Source of the DNA: an uncultured Nitrospiraceae bacterium
GTDB lineage: Bacteria > Nitrospirota > Thermodesulfovibrionia > Thermodesulfovibrionales > UBA6898
Reading direction: 5' to 3'
Assembly: GCA_963811165.1 (NCBI GenBank)
Contig: CAWEQH010000004.1
Span: 160,001-224,000, forward strand
DNA: 64,000 bases
Below, in pieces: positions 1 to 9,162 of this stretch; position 1 is the first letter of the stretch, and the number at the start of each line of letters is the position of its first letter. A program made the position numbers and the translations under genes. The notes under the pieces are model-generated. The model was not told the DNA's origin and did no database searches. It saw only the letters and a list, made by a program, of their open reading frames with translations.

Positions 1-433
1 GACTAAGCGCTCCCCCAAGGCGCAATGTTTTTTGAAAGAGCAGCGAGAACACCCTCACTATGGCCGGAAGTATTCGCCAGTAAAAAAGAAGCGACGACAA
101 TGCCCCGACTAAAAGCACAAGGGGCAGGGCCTGAAATGCCAGCGTGTAACTCATGCCCGGACCCTTTTCGTCGAACGGCAGGGGGCCGCCTCCCAGATAG
201 CCGAAGACGAAAGAAGTCCCTGCCCTTGTCGCTTCTTCAAGCGAAAGCACGAGCCCGTTTAATAACAAAAAAATCTGCCTGAATATGGGGATGTGCAAAA
301 GTATTGCGGCGATAACGAGTTGTAAAACGACCCCGGCGATGATCGCCTTGTAATTGATGTTCCTTCTTTTTTCGCTGACGGCCCATGCTATCCCAATCAG
401 CACAACCAGTCCGGCTATCCCTTGAAGATGCAT
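1..433 (-). CDS. nupC: NupC/CNT-family nucleoside transporter, 5' part (runs off the window edge)
   Basis: Manual translation from ATG at 433 gives MHLQGIAGLVVLIGIAWAVSEKRRNINYKAIIAGVVLQ...GTSFVFGYLGG...LAFQALPLV, the typical CNT N-terminus. AGGA SD upstream. Absent from the ORF track because there is no stop inside the window. Confidence 0.85.
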   Translation of the reverse strand, partial: MHLQGIAGLVVLIGIAWAVSEKRRNINYKAIIAGVVLQLVIAAILLHIPIFRQIFLLLNGLVLSLEEATRAGTSFVFGYLGGGPLPFDEKGPGMSYTLAFQALPLVLLVGALSSLLFYWRILPAIVRVFSLLFQKTLRLGGALS

Positions 434-671
434 TTCCTGTCCCTCATACGATATGTCTTTTCAATCTGGAAGATACAAGCTCTATGATAAATGCGGCGCG
501 GGAATAATTCAAATGCAGTACGGCGGATATTAGCCACAGGTATCTTTAGAAGTTTTTTGTCGAAAGAAGTAAAAAAAGATTAAGGACATTGACGGAAATG
601 TACGATAATGGCATAAGGAGTGTGAGGCGCTAGAAAAACTGCGGCGGTTGACAAAAGGGAAGGGGGTTGAG

Positions 672-1004
672 ATGTATTATTCGCGGGACAGAATTTTGCT
701 CTGCAATGTCTGCAAACGGGAATACACTTCTTTTCATTTTGAGGCCAGACCCGGACTTAAGGTCTACGTCTGTGAGAACTGCCTCGACTCGGCAAAGTCC
801 AATTTTGTCTGGATATGCCTTAACTGCGGAAATTCCTATCAGCGGGCAAAGGAAGTAGTCATGGGCAGGATCTGCGATTACGGCGTCAAAGAGGCGTCTT
901 TCCTTTGCGATAACCAGATCATCCAGGGGATTGAGTCCTGTATACATTGTAATCCCGAACTCATAGTGGAGTATTCGGGCAAGTTGCGGGAATGCGTTTT
1001 GTGA
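672..1004 (+). CDS. Small Cys-rich protein with four CxxC motifs (putative double zinc-binding protein)
   Basis: CNVC, CENC, CLNC and CIHC motifs. G-rich SD before ATG 672. Confidence 0.7.
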   Translation: MYYSRDRILLCNVCKREYTSFHFEARPGLKVYVCENCLDSAKSNFVWICLNCGNSYQRAKEVVMGRICDYGVKEASFLCDNQIIQGIESCIHCNPELIVEYSGKLRECVL

Positions 1005-1069
1005 CCGGAAGGTAACCCGGCCCCCTGACTGTTTTTTACCCCGTTAGGAGACTTTGACTTCTCACGGGG

Positions 1070-1098
1070 TTTACAAACATTTTTCTTTTATTTATCAT
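1070..1098 (+). promoter_or_regulatory. sigma70-type promoter for the nadE operon
   Basis: TTTACA-N17-TATCAT upstream of the GTG at 1126. Confidence 0.5.
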
Positions 1099-1125
1099 TG
1101 TACATATGCGAAAAGGACTATCCAC

Positions 1126-2859
1126 GTGAAGACCCTCCGGCTTGCCCTTGCCCAGATCAATCCCACGGTAGGAGACCTCTCCGGCAATTCAAAAAAGATC
1201 CTTGAATATGTGAAAAAAGCGAAACGAAAAAAAGCCGATATCGTTGTCTTCCCCGAGCTTGCGGTGACGGGGTACCCCCCTGAGGACCTTGTGCTGAAGC
1301 CCCAGTTCATCTCCGATAACATGGCCGCCATAAAAAAGATAAGCCTCGGGGTATCAGGGATAGTAGTGGTAGCGGGTTTTGTCGACCGTGGGGAAGGCGG
1401 AGATATTTATAACGCCGCGGCCCTTATTGCTGACGGCAAAATCAAAGATGTCTACCATAAGATGCTGCTTCCGAATTACGGGGTCTTCGACGAGTTCAGA
1501 TATTTCAGGCCCGGCAAAAGGTCCCCGGTTTACCATATCGGCGGGGCGAAGGTCGGGATCAATATCTGCGAGGACATCTGGCACAGGGAGGGGCCGGCGC
1601 GCATGCAGTCCCTCGCCGGCGCCGAGCTGATACTAAACATAAACGCCTCACCTTACGAGCGGGGAAAACCGGAGACCCGGGAGAAGGTTCTTTATGAAAG
1701 GACGACCGAGAACTCCGTGATGATAGCATATGTGAACACGGTCGGCGGCCAGGACGAGCTGGTATTCGACGGGCTGAGCATGGTCTTTGACCATAGGGGC
1801 CGCAGGATAGCCAGGGGAAAGCAGTTTGAAGAAGAGTTGATGTTTGTCGACGTCGACCTCGATGAGGTAAGAAGGTTCAGAAGAGAAAAGGCACGGAAAA
1901 GGGGACGCGTGCCCGAGGCCCGGACCTGCCCTGCAATGAAGGTGCGGATTTCTTCGGCTGAATATTCCGACCGCAGATCCATGCCCTGTCCGGTGGAGCC
2001 CCGCCTGGTAAAGGATGAGGAGATCTACAGGGCGCTTGTACTGGGTACTGCCGACTACGTAAGGAAAAACGGCTTTAAAGGGGTTGTTATCGGCTTAAGC
2101 GGCGGGATCGACTCTTCGTTAGTTGCGGCGTTGGCCGTCGATGCGGTCGGGAAAGAAAACGTGACCGGGCTTTTTATGCCGTCACAGTTTACCTCACGGG
2201 AAAGCAGGGAAGACGCCTTTGAGCTTGCATCAGGCTTAGGCATTGCCATAAAAGAAATCATGATAAGCCGCGTCCTTGAGGGATATCTGAAGGAGCTTAG
2301 TCCGCATTTCAAGGGGAGAGGAAAGGACATAACCGAGGAGAACCTCCAGGCCAGGATAAGAGGGAACCTCCTCATGGCCTTTTCGAACAAGTTCGGTTGG
2401 CTCGTCCTAACGACCGGGAACAAGTCGGAAATGAGTGTGGGATACGCCACTCTCTACGGCGACATGGCGGGCGGGTTTGCGGTCATCAAAGACGTGCAAA
2501 AGACGCTTGTGTATGACCTCTGCAGGTGGAGAAATTCCGTAGGCAAGGCCCCCGTGATACCTGCGAGGGTCTTGGTGAAAGAGCCGACTGCGGAACTCAG
2601 GCCCGGACAGAAAGATACCGACACGCTCCCGCCCTATGAGCTCCTGGATCCCGTGCTTAAGGCCTATGTCGAGGAGGAAATGAGTTTTGAGGAGATCGTG
2701 AAGCTGGGCTGTGACGGCGAAAGTACGCGCAAGGTCATACGCATGGTGGATAAGAGCGAATATAAGCGGAGGCAGTCGCCGCCGGGCGTCAAGATCACCG
2801 GCAGGGCGTTTGGCAGGGACAGGCGCTTCCCGATAACAAACAAGTACAGGAGCTACTAA
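1126..2859 (+). CDS. nadE: Glutamine-dependent NAD+ synthetase
   Basis: N-terminal CN-hydrolase domain (FPEL, YHKMLLPNYGVFDE, ICEDIW). C-terminal synthetase (GLSGGIDS, ENLQARIRG, TGNKSE, SEYKRRQ). Likely GTG start at 1126. Confidence 0.95.
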   Translation: MKTLRLALAQINPTVGDLSGNSKKILEYVKKAKRKKADIVVFPELAVTGYPPEDLVLKPQFISDNMAAIKKISLGVSGIVVVAGFVDRGEGGDIYNAAALIADGKIKDVYHKMLLPNYGVFDEFRYFRPGKRSPVYHIGGAKVGINICEDIWHREGPARMQSLAGAELILNINASPYERGKPETREKVLYERTTENSVMIAYVNTVGGQDELVFDGLSMVFDHRGRRIARGKQFEEELMFVDVDLDEVRRFRREKARKRGRVPEARTCPAMKVRISSAEYSDRRSMPCPVEPRLVKDEEIYRALVLGTADYVRKNGFKGVVIGLSGGIDSSLVAALAVDAVGKENVTGLFMPSQFTSRESREDAFELASGLGIAIKEIMISRVLEGYLKELSPHFKGRGKDITEENLQARIRGNLLMAFSNKFGWLVLTTGNKSEMSVGYATLYGDMAGGFAVIKDVQKTLVYDLCRWRNSVGKAPVIPARVLVKEPTAELRPGQKDTDTLPPYELLDPVLKAYVEEEMSFEEIVKLGCDGESTRKVIRMVDKSEYKRRQSPPGVKITGRAFGRDRRFPITNKYRSY

Positions 2860-3044
2860 TGGAAGAAGAGCTGAGGGTTTGTCTGAGCTGCAATTATGAG
2901 AAGGGATTCCATATCTGTTTCAAAAAGGTCAGGGGACGGGTCCGGATATGTCTCGTCTGTCCGAACTGCGGTCAGTCGTATGATTTGGGCTGGTCGACCT
3001 CGGCCATCAAGTCATTTAAGACTAAACCGGGGGTGATCTATTGA
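2859..3044 (+). CDS. Small zinc-ribbon protein
   Basis: CLSC...HIC...CPNC motifs. Start overlaps the nadE stop (TAATG). Confidence 0.7.
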   Translation: MEEELRVCLSCNYEKGFHICFKKVRGRVRICLVCPNCGQSYDLGWSTSAIKSFKTKPGVIY

Positions 3045-3298
3045 TGAGGCCGACGCATATCCTTCTTGCCGCGACCCTGCTGTTTTTTTCGGCTTCTTCC
3101 GCCTATCCTCTGGATAAGAAGGAGGCATTCCCGGTCAAAAAACAGCCCGAACTCCAGCAGATAAAACCGAAGAAGCCCGTCAAGATCAAGCTAAAGAGGA
3201 CCGCCAAGGACGAATACAGTTGGGAACTCAGCGGCGACGACGCGGATGATATCGTCAGGACCGACCAGCGGCTGAGAAAGATGCTGAATGTCAAATAA
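3041..3298 (+). CDS. Small exported hypothetical protein
   Basis: Signal-peptide-like N-terminus (ILLAATLLFFSASSAYP). Overlaps the upstream stop. Confidence 0.65.
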   Translation: MMRPTHILLAATLLFFSASSAYPLDKKEAFPVKKQPELQQIKPKKPVKIKLKRTAKDEYSWELSGDDADDIVRTDQRLRKMLNVK

Positions 3299-3322
3299 CG
3301 CGCCCGGCCTTCTCAAATAGAC

Positions 3323-4153
3323 ATGCCCAAGGGTACGCTCTACATTGTATCTACTCCCATAGGAAACCTCGAGGACATCACCTTTCGCGCTATCCGGATA
3401 CTCAAAGAGGTCGACCTGATCGCAGCCGAAGACACCAGGCACACGCTTAAGCTCCTGAACCATTACGGCATAGCGAAGCCCCTGATCAGCTACTGGGGGG
3501 AAAGAGAAAAGGCCAAGGCCGAAGAGGTGATCGACAGTCTCGGCAACGGCAACTCGGTCGCACTCGTCTCCGATGCGGGTACGCCGGGCATATCCGATCC
3601 GGGCAGTGTCCTCATCAGAAGGGCGCTTGAGGAGGGTATCGAGGTGGTGCCGATCCCCGGGCCAACGGCCATGATCGCCGCGCTTACCATATCGGGGTTT
3701 TCAACCGAAGAGTTTGTCTTTTGCGGGTTCCTGCCTGCAAAACAGTCGCAAAGAAGGAAATTTCTTGATGAACTGAGTCTCGAGAAAAGGACGGTCGTCA
3801 TATACGAATCCCCGCACAGAGTCCTTGAATCCATGGCGGAAATTTCCGGTATATTCGGCAACAGGAGGATGGTCCTCGCCAAAGAGATTACGAAGCTCTA
3901 TGAGGAGGTCATAAGGGGGACGGCAGGTGAGGTGTTTGAGCGTCTTGAGGACTCAAAGATTGTGGGAGAATACGTCCTGGTCATCGAAGGCAGGCAGGAG
4001 GTCGAAAGCGGCCCGCGGGAAGGAGACGCGATAAAGGAGATCAGATCCCTTATGAGAAAGGGTCTCGGCAGAAAAGAGGCGGTCAAACGTGTTGCGGAGC
4101 AGTACGGACTGAGCAGAAAAGAACTGTACGACCGGAGTCTCGAAGGAGAGTAA
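3323..4153 (+). CDS. rsmI: 16S rRNA C1402 2'-O-methyltransferase
   Basis: LYIVSTPIGNLEDIT, AAEDTR, SDAGTPGISDPG and YESPHR motifs. Confidence 0.95.
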   Translation: MPKGTLYIVSTPIGNLEDITFRAIRILKEVDLIAAEDTRHTLKLLNHYGIAKPLISYWGEREKAKAEEVIDSLGNGNSVALVSDAGTPGISDPGSVLIRRALEEGIEVVPIPGPTAMIAALTISGFSTEEFVFCGFLPAKQSQRRKFLDELSLEKRTVVIYESPHRVLESMAEISGIFGNRRMVLAKEITKLYEEVIRGTAGEVFERLEDSKIVGEYVLVIEGRQEVESGPREGDAIKEIRSLMRKGLGRKEAVKRVAEQYGLSRKELYDRSLEGE

Positions 4154-4159
4154 CGCATT

Positions 4160-5686
4160 ATGCTCCTCCATCGTCATTTCATCCGGATCGCCAGGAGGTT
4201 CGGCGGCAAACTCGCATTTATCGACAGGAGTGCCGATAAGCGTATCACGTATTCAAAGGCCCTCATCGCCTCTCTTATTCTCGCCGAGAAGTTCAGAAAA
4301 TATGAAAAGGGCTGTGTAGGGATCATGATCCCTACTTCGGCCGGCTGTTCTTTGTCGATCCTCGGCGCACTTATGAGCGGAAGGACGCCGGTGATGATCA
4401 ATTATTCAACGGGTGCGGACCGTAACTGCAGGTACGCCCAGAGGAAGTGCGGTTTCAAGACGATCGTTACTTCGAAGGCGCTTCTTGAGAAGATTAATTG
4501 CCCTTTGGTTGACGGGATGGTCTTCATCGAAGACATCATGGCCGGCGTTTCGGCAAAGGACAAGATAAAGGCCGCGCTCGTCTCGAAATTGCCTTTGCCT
4601 CTGTTGCTCGGAAAATTCCGTTTCGGGGGAGAGGAAGATGATGGCGTGGTTCTCTTTACGAGCGGCAGCGAAAAGGACCCGAAGGCCGTGCAGTTGAGTC
4701 ATCGCAATATCTTTTCGGATATCAGGAGCTTCAGCGAAGTCGTAAGCCTTTCTAGTAAAGACAGTATACTCTCCAATCTCCCGCTCTTCCATGTCTTCGG
4801 CCTTACTATCAACATGTGGACCCCGCTTTTTCACGGGATGACGGTCGTCACCTATGCAAACCCGCTCGATTACAAGGCGATCTGCGACATCATAAGGGAA
4901 GAAAAACCCTCTATAATGGTCGGTACCCCAAGTTTTTTATCGGGATACGTGCGAAAGTCCGAGGCCGGCGATTTTAACAGCCTGCGTCTTGTCTTTTGCG
5001 GCGCCGACAAGTGTCCCGATGCTCTACGGGATGAGTTTTTTAGGCGGCACGGCATCACGGTGTATGAGGGATACGGGGCGACCGAGACATCGCCCGTGAT
5101 CTCGGTAAACACGCCCGACCAAAACAGACCCGGCAGTATCGGCAAGGCGCTTCCGGGAGTGCAGGTGAGGATAGAGAGCTACGAAACCGGCGGGGCCTGC
5201 GGGCCGGGGGACACGGGGAGGATCCTCGTAAAAGGCGCCATTGTTATGAAGGGTTACTTCAATGACTCAGAGGAAACATCTATGCGTATCCGGCACGGTT
5301 GGTACGACACCGGCGACATGGGTTTTATCGACGAAGACGGGTTTCTTTGGCATGCCGGGAGGCTCAGGAGATTTGTAAAGATCGGCGGGGAAATGGTCTC
5401 ACTCGTGAACGTGGAAAACGTCATGGAAAAGTTCCTGCCGGGAGACGTATCCTGCTGTGTGGTCGATGCGCCGGACCCGATCAAGGGCGCAAGGGTCGTT
5501 GCTGCGGTAACGAAGCCGGTAGACGAGAAGAAGATCCTGAAACAGATGACCGAACATATTTCGAATATCGCGCTTCCGAGGCGGATGGTGGTCATAGAAG
5601 AACTCCCCAAGATGGGAAGCGGGAAAATAGATTTCAGGACTGTGACGGAAATGGTGAGCGAGCGGTTGCAGAAAGAGTGCCCTTAA
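4160..5686 (+). CDS. AMP-binding acyl-ACP synthetase-like enzyme (Aas synthetase domain without the acyltransferase part)
   Basis: LFTSGSEKDPKAV, YEGYGATETSP, WYDTGD, RFVKIGGEMVSL and GSGKID adenylate-forming motifs. Confidence 0.85.
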   Translation: MLLHRHFIRIARRFGGKLAFIDRSADKRITYSKALIASLILAEKFRKYEKGCVGIMIPTSAGCSLSILGALMSGRTPVMINYSTGADRNCRYAQRKCGFKTIVTSKALLEKINCPLVDGMVFIEDIMAGVSAKDKIKAALVSKLPLPLLLGKFRFGGEEDDGVVLFTSGSEKDPKAVQLSHRNIFSDIRSFSEVVSLSSKDSILSNLPLFHVFGLTINMWTPLFHGMTVVTYANPLDYKAICDIIREEKPSIMVGTPSFLSGYVRKSEAGDFNSLRLVFCGADKCPDALRDEFFRRHGITVYEGYGATETSPVISVNTPDQNRPGSIGKALPGVQVRIESYETGGACGPGDTGRILVKGAIVMKGYFNDSEETSMRIRHGWYDTGDMGFIDEDGFLWHAGRLRRFVKIGGEMVSLVNVENVMEKFLPGDVSCCVVDAPDPIKGARVVAAVTKPVDEKKILKQMTEHISNIALPRRMVVIEELPKMGSGKIDFRTVTEMVSERLQKECP

Positions 5687-5744
5687 TGAGGTATCATTTG
5701 AGAAAAAAATATATCCGAGAATTGTTTTGTAAGGAGCTATAGCT

Positions 5745-6866
5745 ATGTCAAAGGTCTATTTTGCATCTGCGAGGGTGAAAAAGTGGAGATACGAAGACAG
5801 CATGCCCGGCAAACTCGACATGCTTCTTAAGAAACTTGGCCTGATGGACTATTTCAGCCCTGATGAATGGGTCGCGTTGAAGACGCACTTCGGTTCCGAT
5901 GGCGCCCACAGGATCGTGAGGCCTGTATTTTTAAGAAAGATCGTGGAGTCCCTTAAAAGGATAGGGGCCAAACCCTTTGTGACGGATACGGTGCGCATAA
6001 AGGGACTTGACTATCTCGAGGTCGCCAACCAAAACGGCATAAACCACCTTTCGGTAGGTGCGCCTGTCTTACTTGCCGACGGCCTATACGGGAACGACAA
6101 CATCATGGTGAAGGCCGGAGAAATACTTGGCGAGGTCGCTGTGGCCTCAGTGATCCACGATGTCCCGGCTATGGTTGTCTGCTCCCATGTCAAGGGACAT
6201 ATCAACGCAGGGTACGCCGGGGCCATCAAGAACCTGGCGATGGGGGGGGTAAGCGCCAACCATCGCACCTGCGGGTGGAAGTGCGGGAGGGGATCGATGC
6301 ATACCATCGGCGAGGGCGAGCTTGTATGGGACGAGAATAAATGCGAGCTTTGTTATCAGTGCCGGGACATATGTCCGATGGATGCCATTGAATTCAAGGA
6401 GGGCGAACTGGTATGGGAAGGCGATAATTGCTGGAGGTGCGGCAGGTGCGAAAGGGTCTGCCAGTCGGAAGCCCTCACCATCGCCGGAGATGACAATAGG
6501 TTTATGAAATCCCTGGCAGAGGCGGCCGGAGCAGTCCTGAGCACCTTCGGTGAAAAGAAGGTGGTCTTCATTAATTTTCTTACCGAGATTCAGCCCGAAT
6601 GTGACTGCATGCCGGCAGCGGAAGTTCCGGTCATGCAGGATGCCGGAATCCTTCTTTCGGACGACCTGGTCTCGATAGAGCAGGCGAGCATAGACATCCT
6701 TCTCAAGTCGGAGCCCTTGCCCGGCTCCCTTGCATCCGACAAAAAGATCGGACCGGGTGAGGATATACTGATGAAAATCCATAATAAGCCTTATATCCTA
6801 CAGGTGGAGGAAACAGAAAGGCTTGGACTTGGCACAAGGAGTTATGAACTGATCGATCTGGAATAA
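5745..6866 (+). CDS. DUF362-family Fe-S protein with inserted 2x[4Fe-4S] ferredoxin domain
   Basis: ALKTHFG, SHVKGH, GAIKNLAMG and PECDC motifs, plus CELCYQCRDICP and CWRCGRCERVC. Confidence 0.85.
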   Translation: MSKVYFASARVKKWRYEDSMPGKLDMLLKKLGLMDYFSPDEWVALKTHFGSDGAHRIVRPVFLRKIVESLKRIGAKPFVTDTVRIKGLDYLEVANQNGINHLSVGAPVLLADGLYGNDNIMVKAGEILGEVAVASVIHDVPAMVVCSHVKGHINAGYAGAIKNLAMGGVSANHRTCGWKCGRGSMHTIGEGELVWDENKCELCYQCRDICPMDAIEFKEGELVWEGDNCWRCGRCERVCQSEALTIAGDDNRFMKSLAEAAGAVLSTFGEKKVVFINFLTEIQPECDCMPAAEVPVMQDAGILLSDDLVSIEQASIDILLKSEPLPGSLASDKKIGPGEDILMKIHNKPYILQVEETERLGLGTRSYELIDLE

Positions 6867-6930
6867 AAAAAAGTGCTGCTGCCCGTGGGATGTGGGCAGC
6901 AGCTTAGGGGAGGTAACGAGGCGCTTAATA
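6865..6930 (-). ncRNA. Candidate small RNA with C-rich motifs and an intrinsic terminator
   Basis: Minus-strand TTGACA-N17-TTTCAT promoter (6964-6936), an ACCUCCCCU motif, a 10-bp stem (6875-6903) followed by U8, and no ORF. Confidence 0.45.
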
Positions 6931-7209
6931 ACTATATGAAACCAGACTTTATGGGTGATGTCAAGTAAAAAAAATAGATAACCTATAAATTATAACTTTA
7001 GCTTCTGTGAGTAGCTTTTCAAGGTAGCCCCGCGTATCGGGAGCCTTTTCCGCCTCATCCCTGCGCCGGGTACGGTTTACCTTCTAAAGACGGTATTCTC
7101 ACATGTACCCTTCTTTCTTCAATTATTTCAAAGAGTTCCGGGCTCTTTTTTCCGCACTTGGCGTAATTGATCTGTTGTAATTTGAAATAATATTGATTAT
7201 GCTACTCCT

Positions 7210-7878
7210 ATGTTTGATGTAAGGCAGATTGCGATCTTCAATACCCTGAGTGCTGAGGAGGCAGGGGAGATTTCCCCCTACTTTCTGGCGGGGAGGTTCA
7301 GAAAGAAAGAGGCCATATTTTCAGAGGGGGACTCCTCTGAATGGTTTTACATCGTCAAGAAGGGAAAGGTCAAGATCACCAAGCTCTCGCACGATGGCAA
7401 AGAGATCATCCTAGAAATCATCTCCCCCCTGGATTTCTTCGGGGGCATCGCGGTCTTAAGAGGCTTCCCTTATCCTGCCAATGCAGTAGCGATGGAGGAC
7501 ACGGAGGTGCTGAAGATATCCCGGAAGAACCTGATGCGAGTCATCGACAGGTTCCCCAACCTCATGTACTGCATGGCAACGAACATCGGCGACAGGATAA
7601 AAGGATCCCATGAGACGCTCAAGAGCATCGCCCTCGAAAAAGTCGAATCCAGGATAGCCTCGCTTCTCATCAAGTTATCCGATAAGGCCGGGGAAAAGAC
7701 CCCGGAGGGGACGGCGATCAATATGAAGCTTACCAAGCAGGACATCGCAGAAATGGTTGGGACAACCGTCGAGACATCGATACGCACCATGAGCAAACTG
7801 TCGAAGGCTGGACTGGTGAGTTCGAAGGCAGGCAGGATCGTTATTAGGGACCTTGAGAGACTTAAATCCCTGACTTAG
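7210..7878 (+). CDS. Crp/Fnr-family transcriptional regulator (HcpR/Dnr-like, no FNR Cys cluster)
   Basis: cNMP-binding-fold N-terminus (GKVKITKLSHDGKEIIL) and HTH (LTKQDIAEMVGTTVETSIRTMSKL). Confidence 0.9.
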   Translation: MFDVRQIAIFNTLSAEEAGEISPYFLAGRFRKKEAIFSEGDSSEWFYIVKKGKVKITKLSHDGKEIILEIISPLDFFGGIAVLRGFPYPANAVAMEDTEVLKISRKNLMRVIDRFPNLMYCMATNIGDRIKGSHETLKSIALEKVESRIASLLIKLSDKAGEKTPEGTAINMKLTKQDIAEMVGTTVETSIRTMSKLSKAGLVSSKAGRIVIRDLERLKSLT

Positions 7879-7912
7879 CAGGAAGGCATCGGTCGTCCCA
7901 TTGGAGGGTACT

Positions 7913-8158
7913 TTATAGCTTTCCCTCTTGCAGGAGTTTCAGCAGTGCCTTTGCATATCTGGACGAAAATGAGAATATACGTTCATCTCTATGCTCTTAT
8001 TGAAGAACTCCTTGGCACCTTTTATATCTTTTCAATAAGTAATAATATGCATCACAAAGTCTGTGTTGCACCGCTTTTTCATTCTTGCCGTTTCGCGCCC
8101 CAGCAAGCAATTTTGTGTCCGTAAAGTCCTCCATCAGGTAATATTTCGAGATGGTCCT
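7913..8158 (-). pseudogene. Frameshifted C-terminal remnant of an NlpI-like TPR protein
   Basis: Stitched frames read KYYLMEDFTDTKLLAGA...QHRLCDAYYYLL / KDIKGAKEFFNKSIEMNVYS / SRYAKALLKLL*, resembling the NlpI C-terminus (RLCETYFYL...NVYNFVEHRYA). No 5' part present. Confidence 0.5.
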
Positions 8159-8159
8159 T

Positions 8160-8567
8160 TCAATGAGCCGCCTTAGGCAGAAGCGTTGCCATCATATTGT
8201 AAAGGAAGAGCGCGATGGAGAAGACCTCGACTACGCCGAAGGTTACCGATAACATCTTGTAGGCTTGAGAAGGGTTGTAGACCCCCAGGGCATAGAAAAG
8301 GAGCATGCCGATAAGCCCTATGTTTGCGGTCCAGAACTGCAGTTCCCCAATTTTCGGATATTTAAGAGGCCTGCCCGAAAACCTCGGCAATACGTGATAG
8401 CCGACGCCGTATATCATCATCGATACCCAGCCAAGCAGGTTCAGATGTGAATGCACGAACTTCAGGGACAGCAGTGATTCGTTCCATAACATGCACACGC
8501 CAAGGACGGAAGCGGCGCCAAGATAGACGATGCTTATGATGATAAAGTTTCTTACAAAGCGGTCCAT
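8160..8567 (-). CDS. Small 4-TM membrane protein related to heme-copper oxidase/NOR subunit I helices
   Basis: Start MDRFVRNF at 8567 after a GAGGA SD. HSHLNLLGWVSMMIYGVGYHVLPRFSG motif and four hydrophobic segments. Confidence 0.75.
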   Translation of the reverse strand: MDRFVRNFIIISIVYLGAASVLGVCMLWNESLLSLKFVHSHLNLLGWVSMMIYGVGYHVLPRFSGRPLKYPKIGELQFWTANIGLIGMLLFYALGVYNPSQAYKMLSVTFGVVEVFSIALFLYNMMATLLPKAAH

Positions 8568-8629
8568 AATTCCTCCTCTTTTTCTTTTAAAGGTTGAATA
8601 AAAGTATATCTCCATATTTGGTGTTGTTC

Positions 8630-8645
8630 TATGACGCTTGTCATA
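8630..8645. promoter_or_regulatory. Crp/Fnr-type palindromic operator TATGAC-N4-GTCATA
   Basis: Perfect inverted repeat between divergent genes, with the spacing of TTGAC-N4-GTCAA/TTGAT-N4-ATCAA boxes. Confidence 0.6.
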
Positions 8646-8703
8646 AACTTTCGTCCCCCGCTGTTTTATACTCTTAGTGAGAACAAAAAATAAGGAGGAC
8701 GAT

Positions 8704-8934
8704 ATGAACGCGACAAAAAAACTTGTTACGAAAGATTCGGTCATAGGTGAGGTGATCAGGGAAAACCCTGGGGCCAGGGATGTGATCCAGAAATATTTCG
8801 GGGGAGGGTGTTTCACCTGTCCCGGTATTAATATGGAATCAATATCCTTCGGTTCCATGATGCATAACCTCGATCCTGAGAAGATCGTCAAAGAGATCAA
8901 TGAGCTGCCGGATTTACCCGGCTCGCCGGAATAA
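8704..8934 (+). CDS. DUF1858-family small protein
   Basis: TKDSVIGEVIRENPGARDVIQKYFGGGCFTCPGINMESI pattern. AAGGAGG SD. Confidence 0.8.
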   Translation: MNATKKLVTKDSVIGEVIRENPGARDVIQKYFGGGCFTCPGINMESISFGSMMHNLDPEKIVKEINELPDLPGSPE

Positions 8935-8948
8935 GGAGGAACAACGAT

Positions 8949-9077
8949 ATGTCGGCAAAATGTTTTCTCTGCGGTGTTACTGACAAAGAGAGGGTCTGCT
9001 TGAAATGCGTCTCGGAAGGCGTCGAAAAATTTGTCTGCGTAAGGTGCTTGCCGGTCCTCATTCACGGCGGACATTGA
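8949..9077 (+). CDS. 42-aa microprotein with three CxxC motifs
   Basis: MSAKCFLCGVTDKERVCLKCVSEGVEKFVCVRCLPVLIHGGH*. TAAGGAGG SD. Below the ORF-track size cut-off. Confidence 0.75.
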   Translation: MSAKCFLCGVTDKERVCLKCVSEGVEKFVCVRCLPVLIHGGH

Positions 9078-9162
9078 TTTATTATAGCGGCCCGCCTGAG
9101 TGTTTTTAAGGAGGCAGGAGGGACCATTGAGCCTGCCTCCGGCCGTTATGGTAAAATCGGCT

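Noticed and set aside
1037..1070. Hairpin upstream of nadE as an NAD riboswitch
   Set aside because: It lies upstream of the predicted nadE promoter and matches no riboswitch consensus I recognise; more likely a terminator-like stem.
6985..7165. Possible minus-strand remnant resembling a PPIase C-terminus (YLEKLLTEAKVI)
   Set aside because: The similarity is short and needs frameshifts; it cannot be supported without BLASTx.
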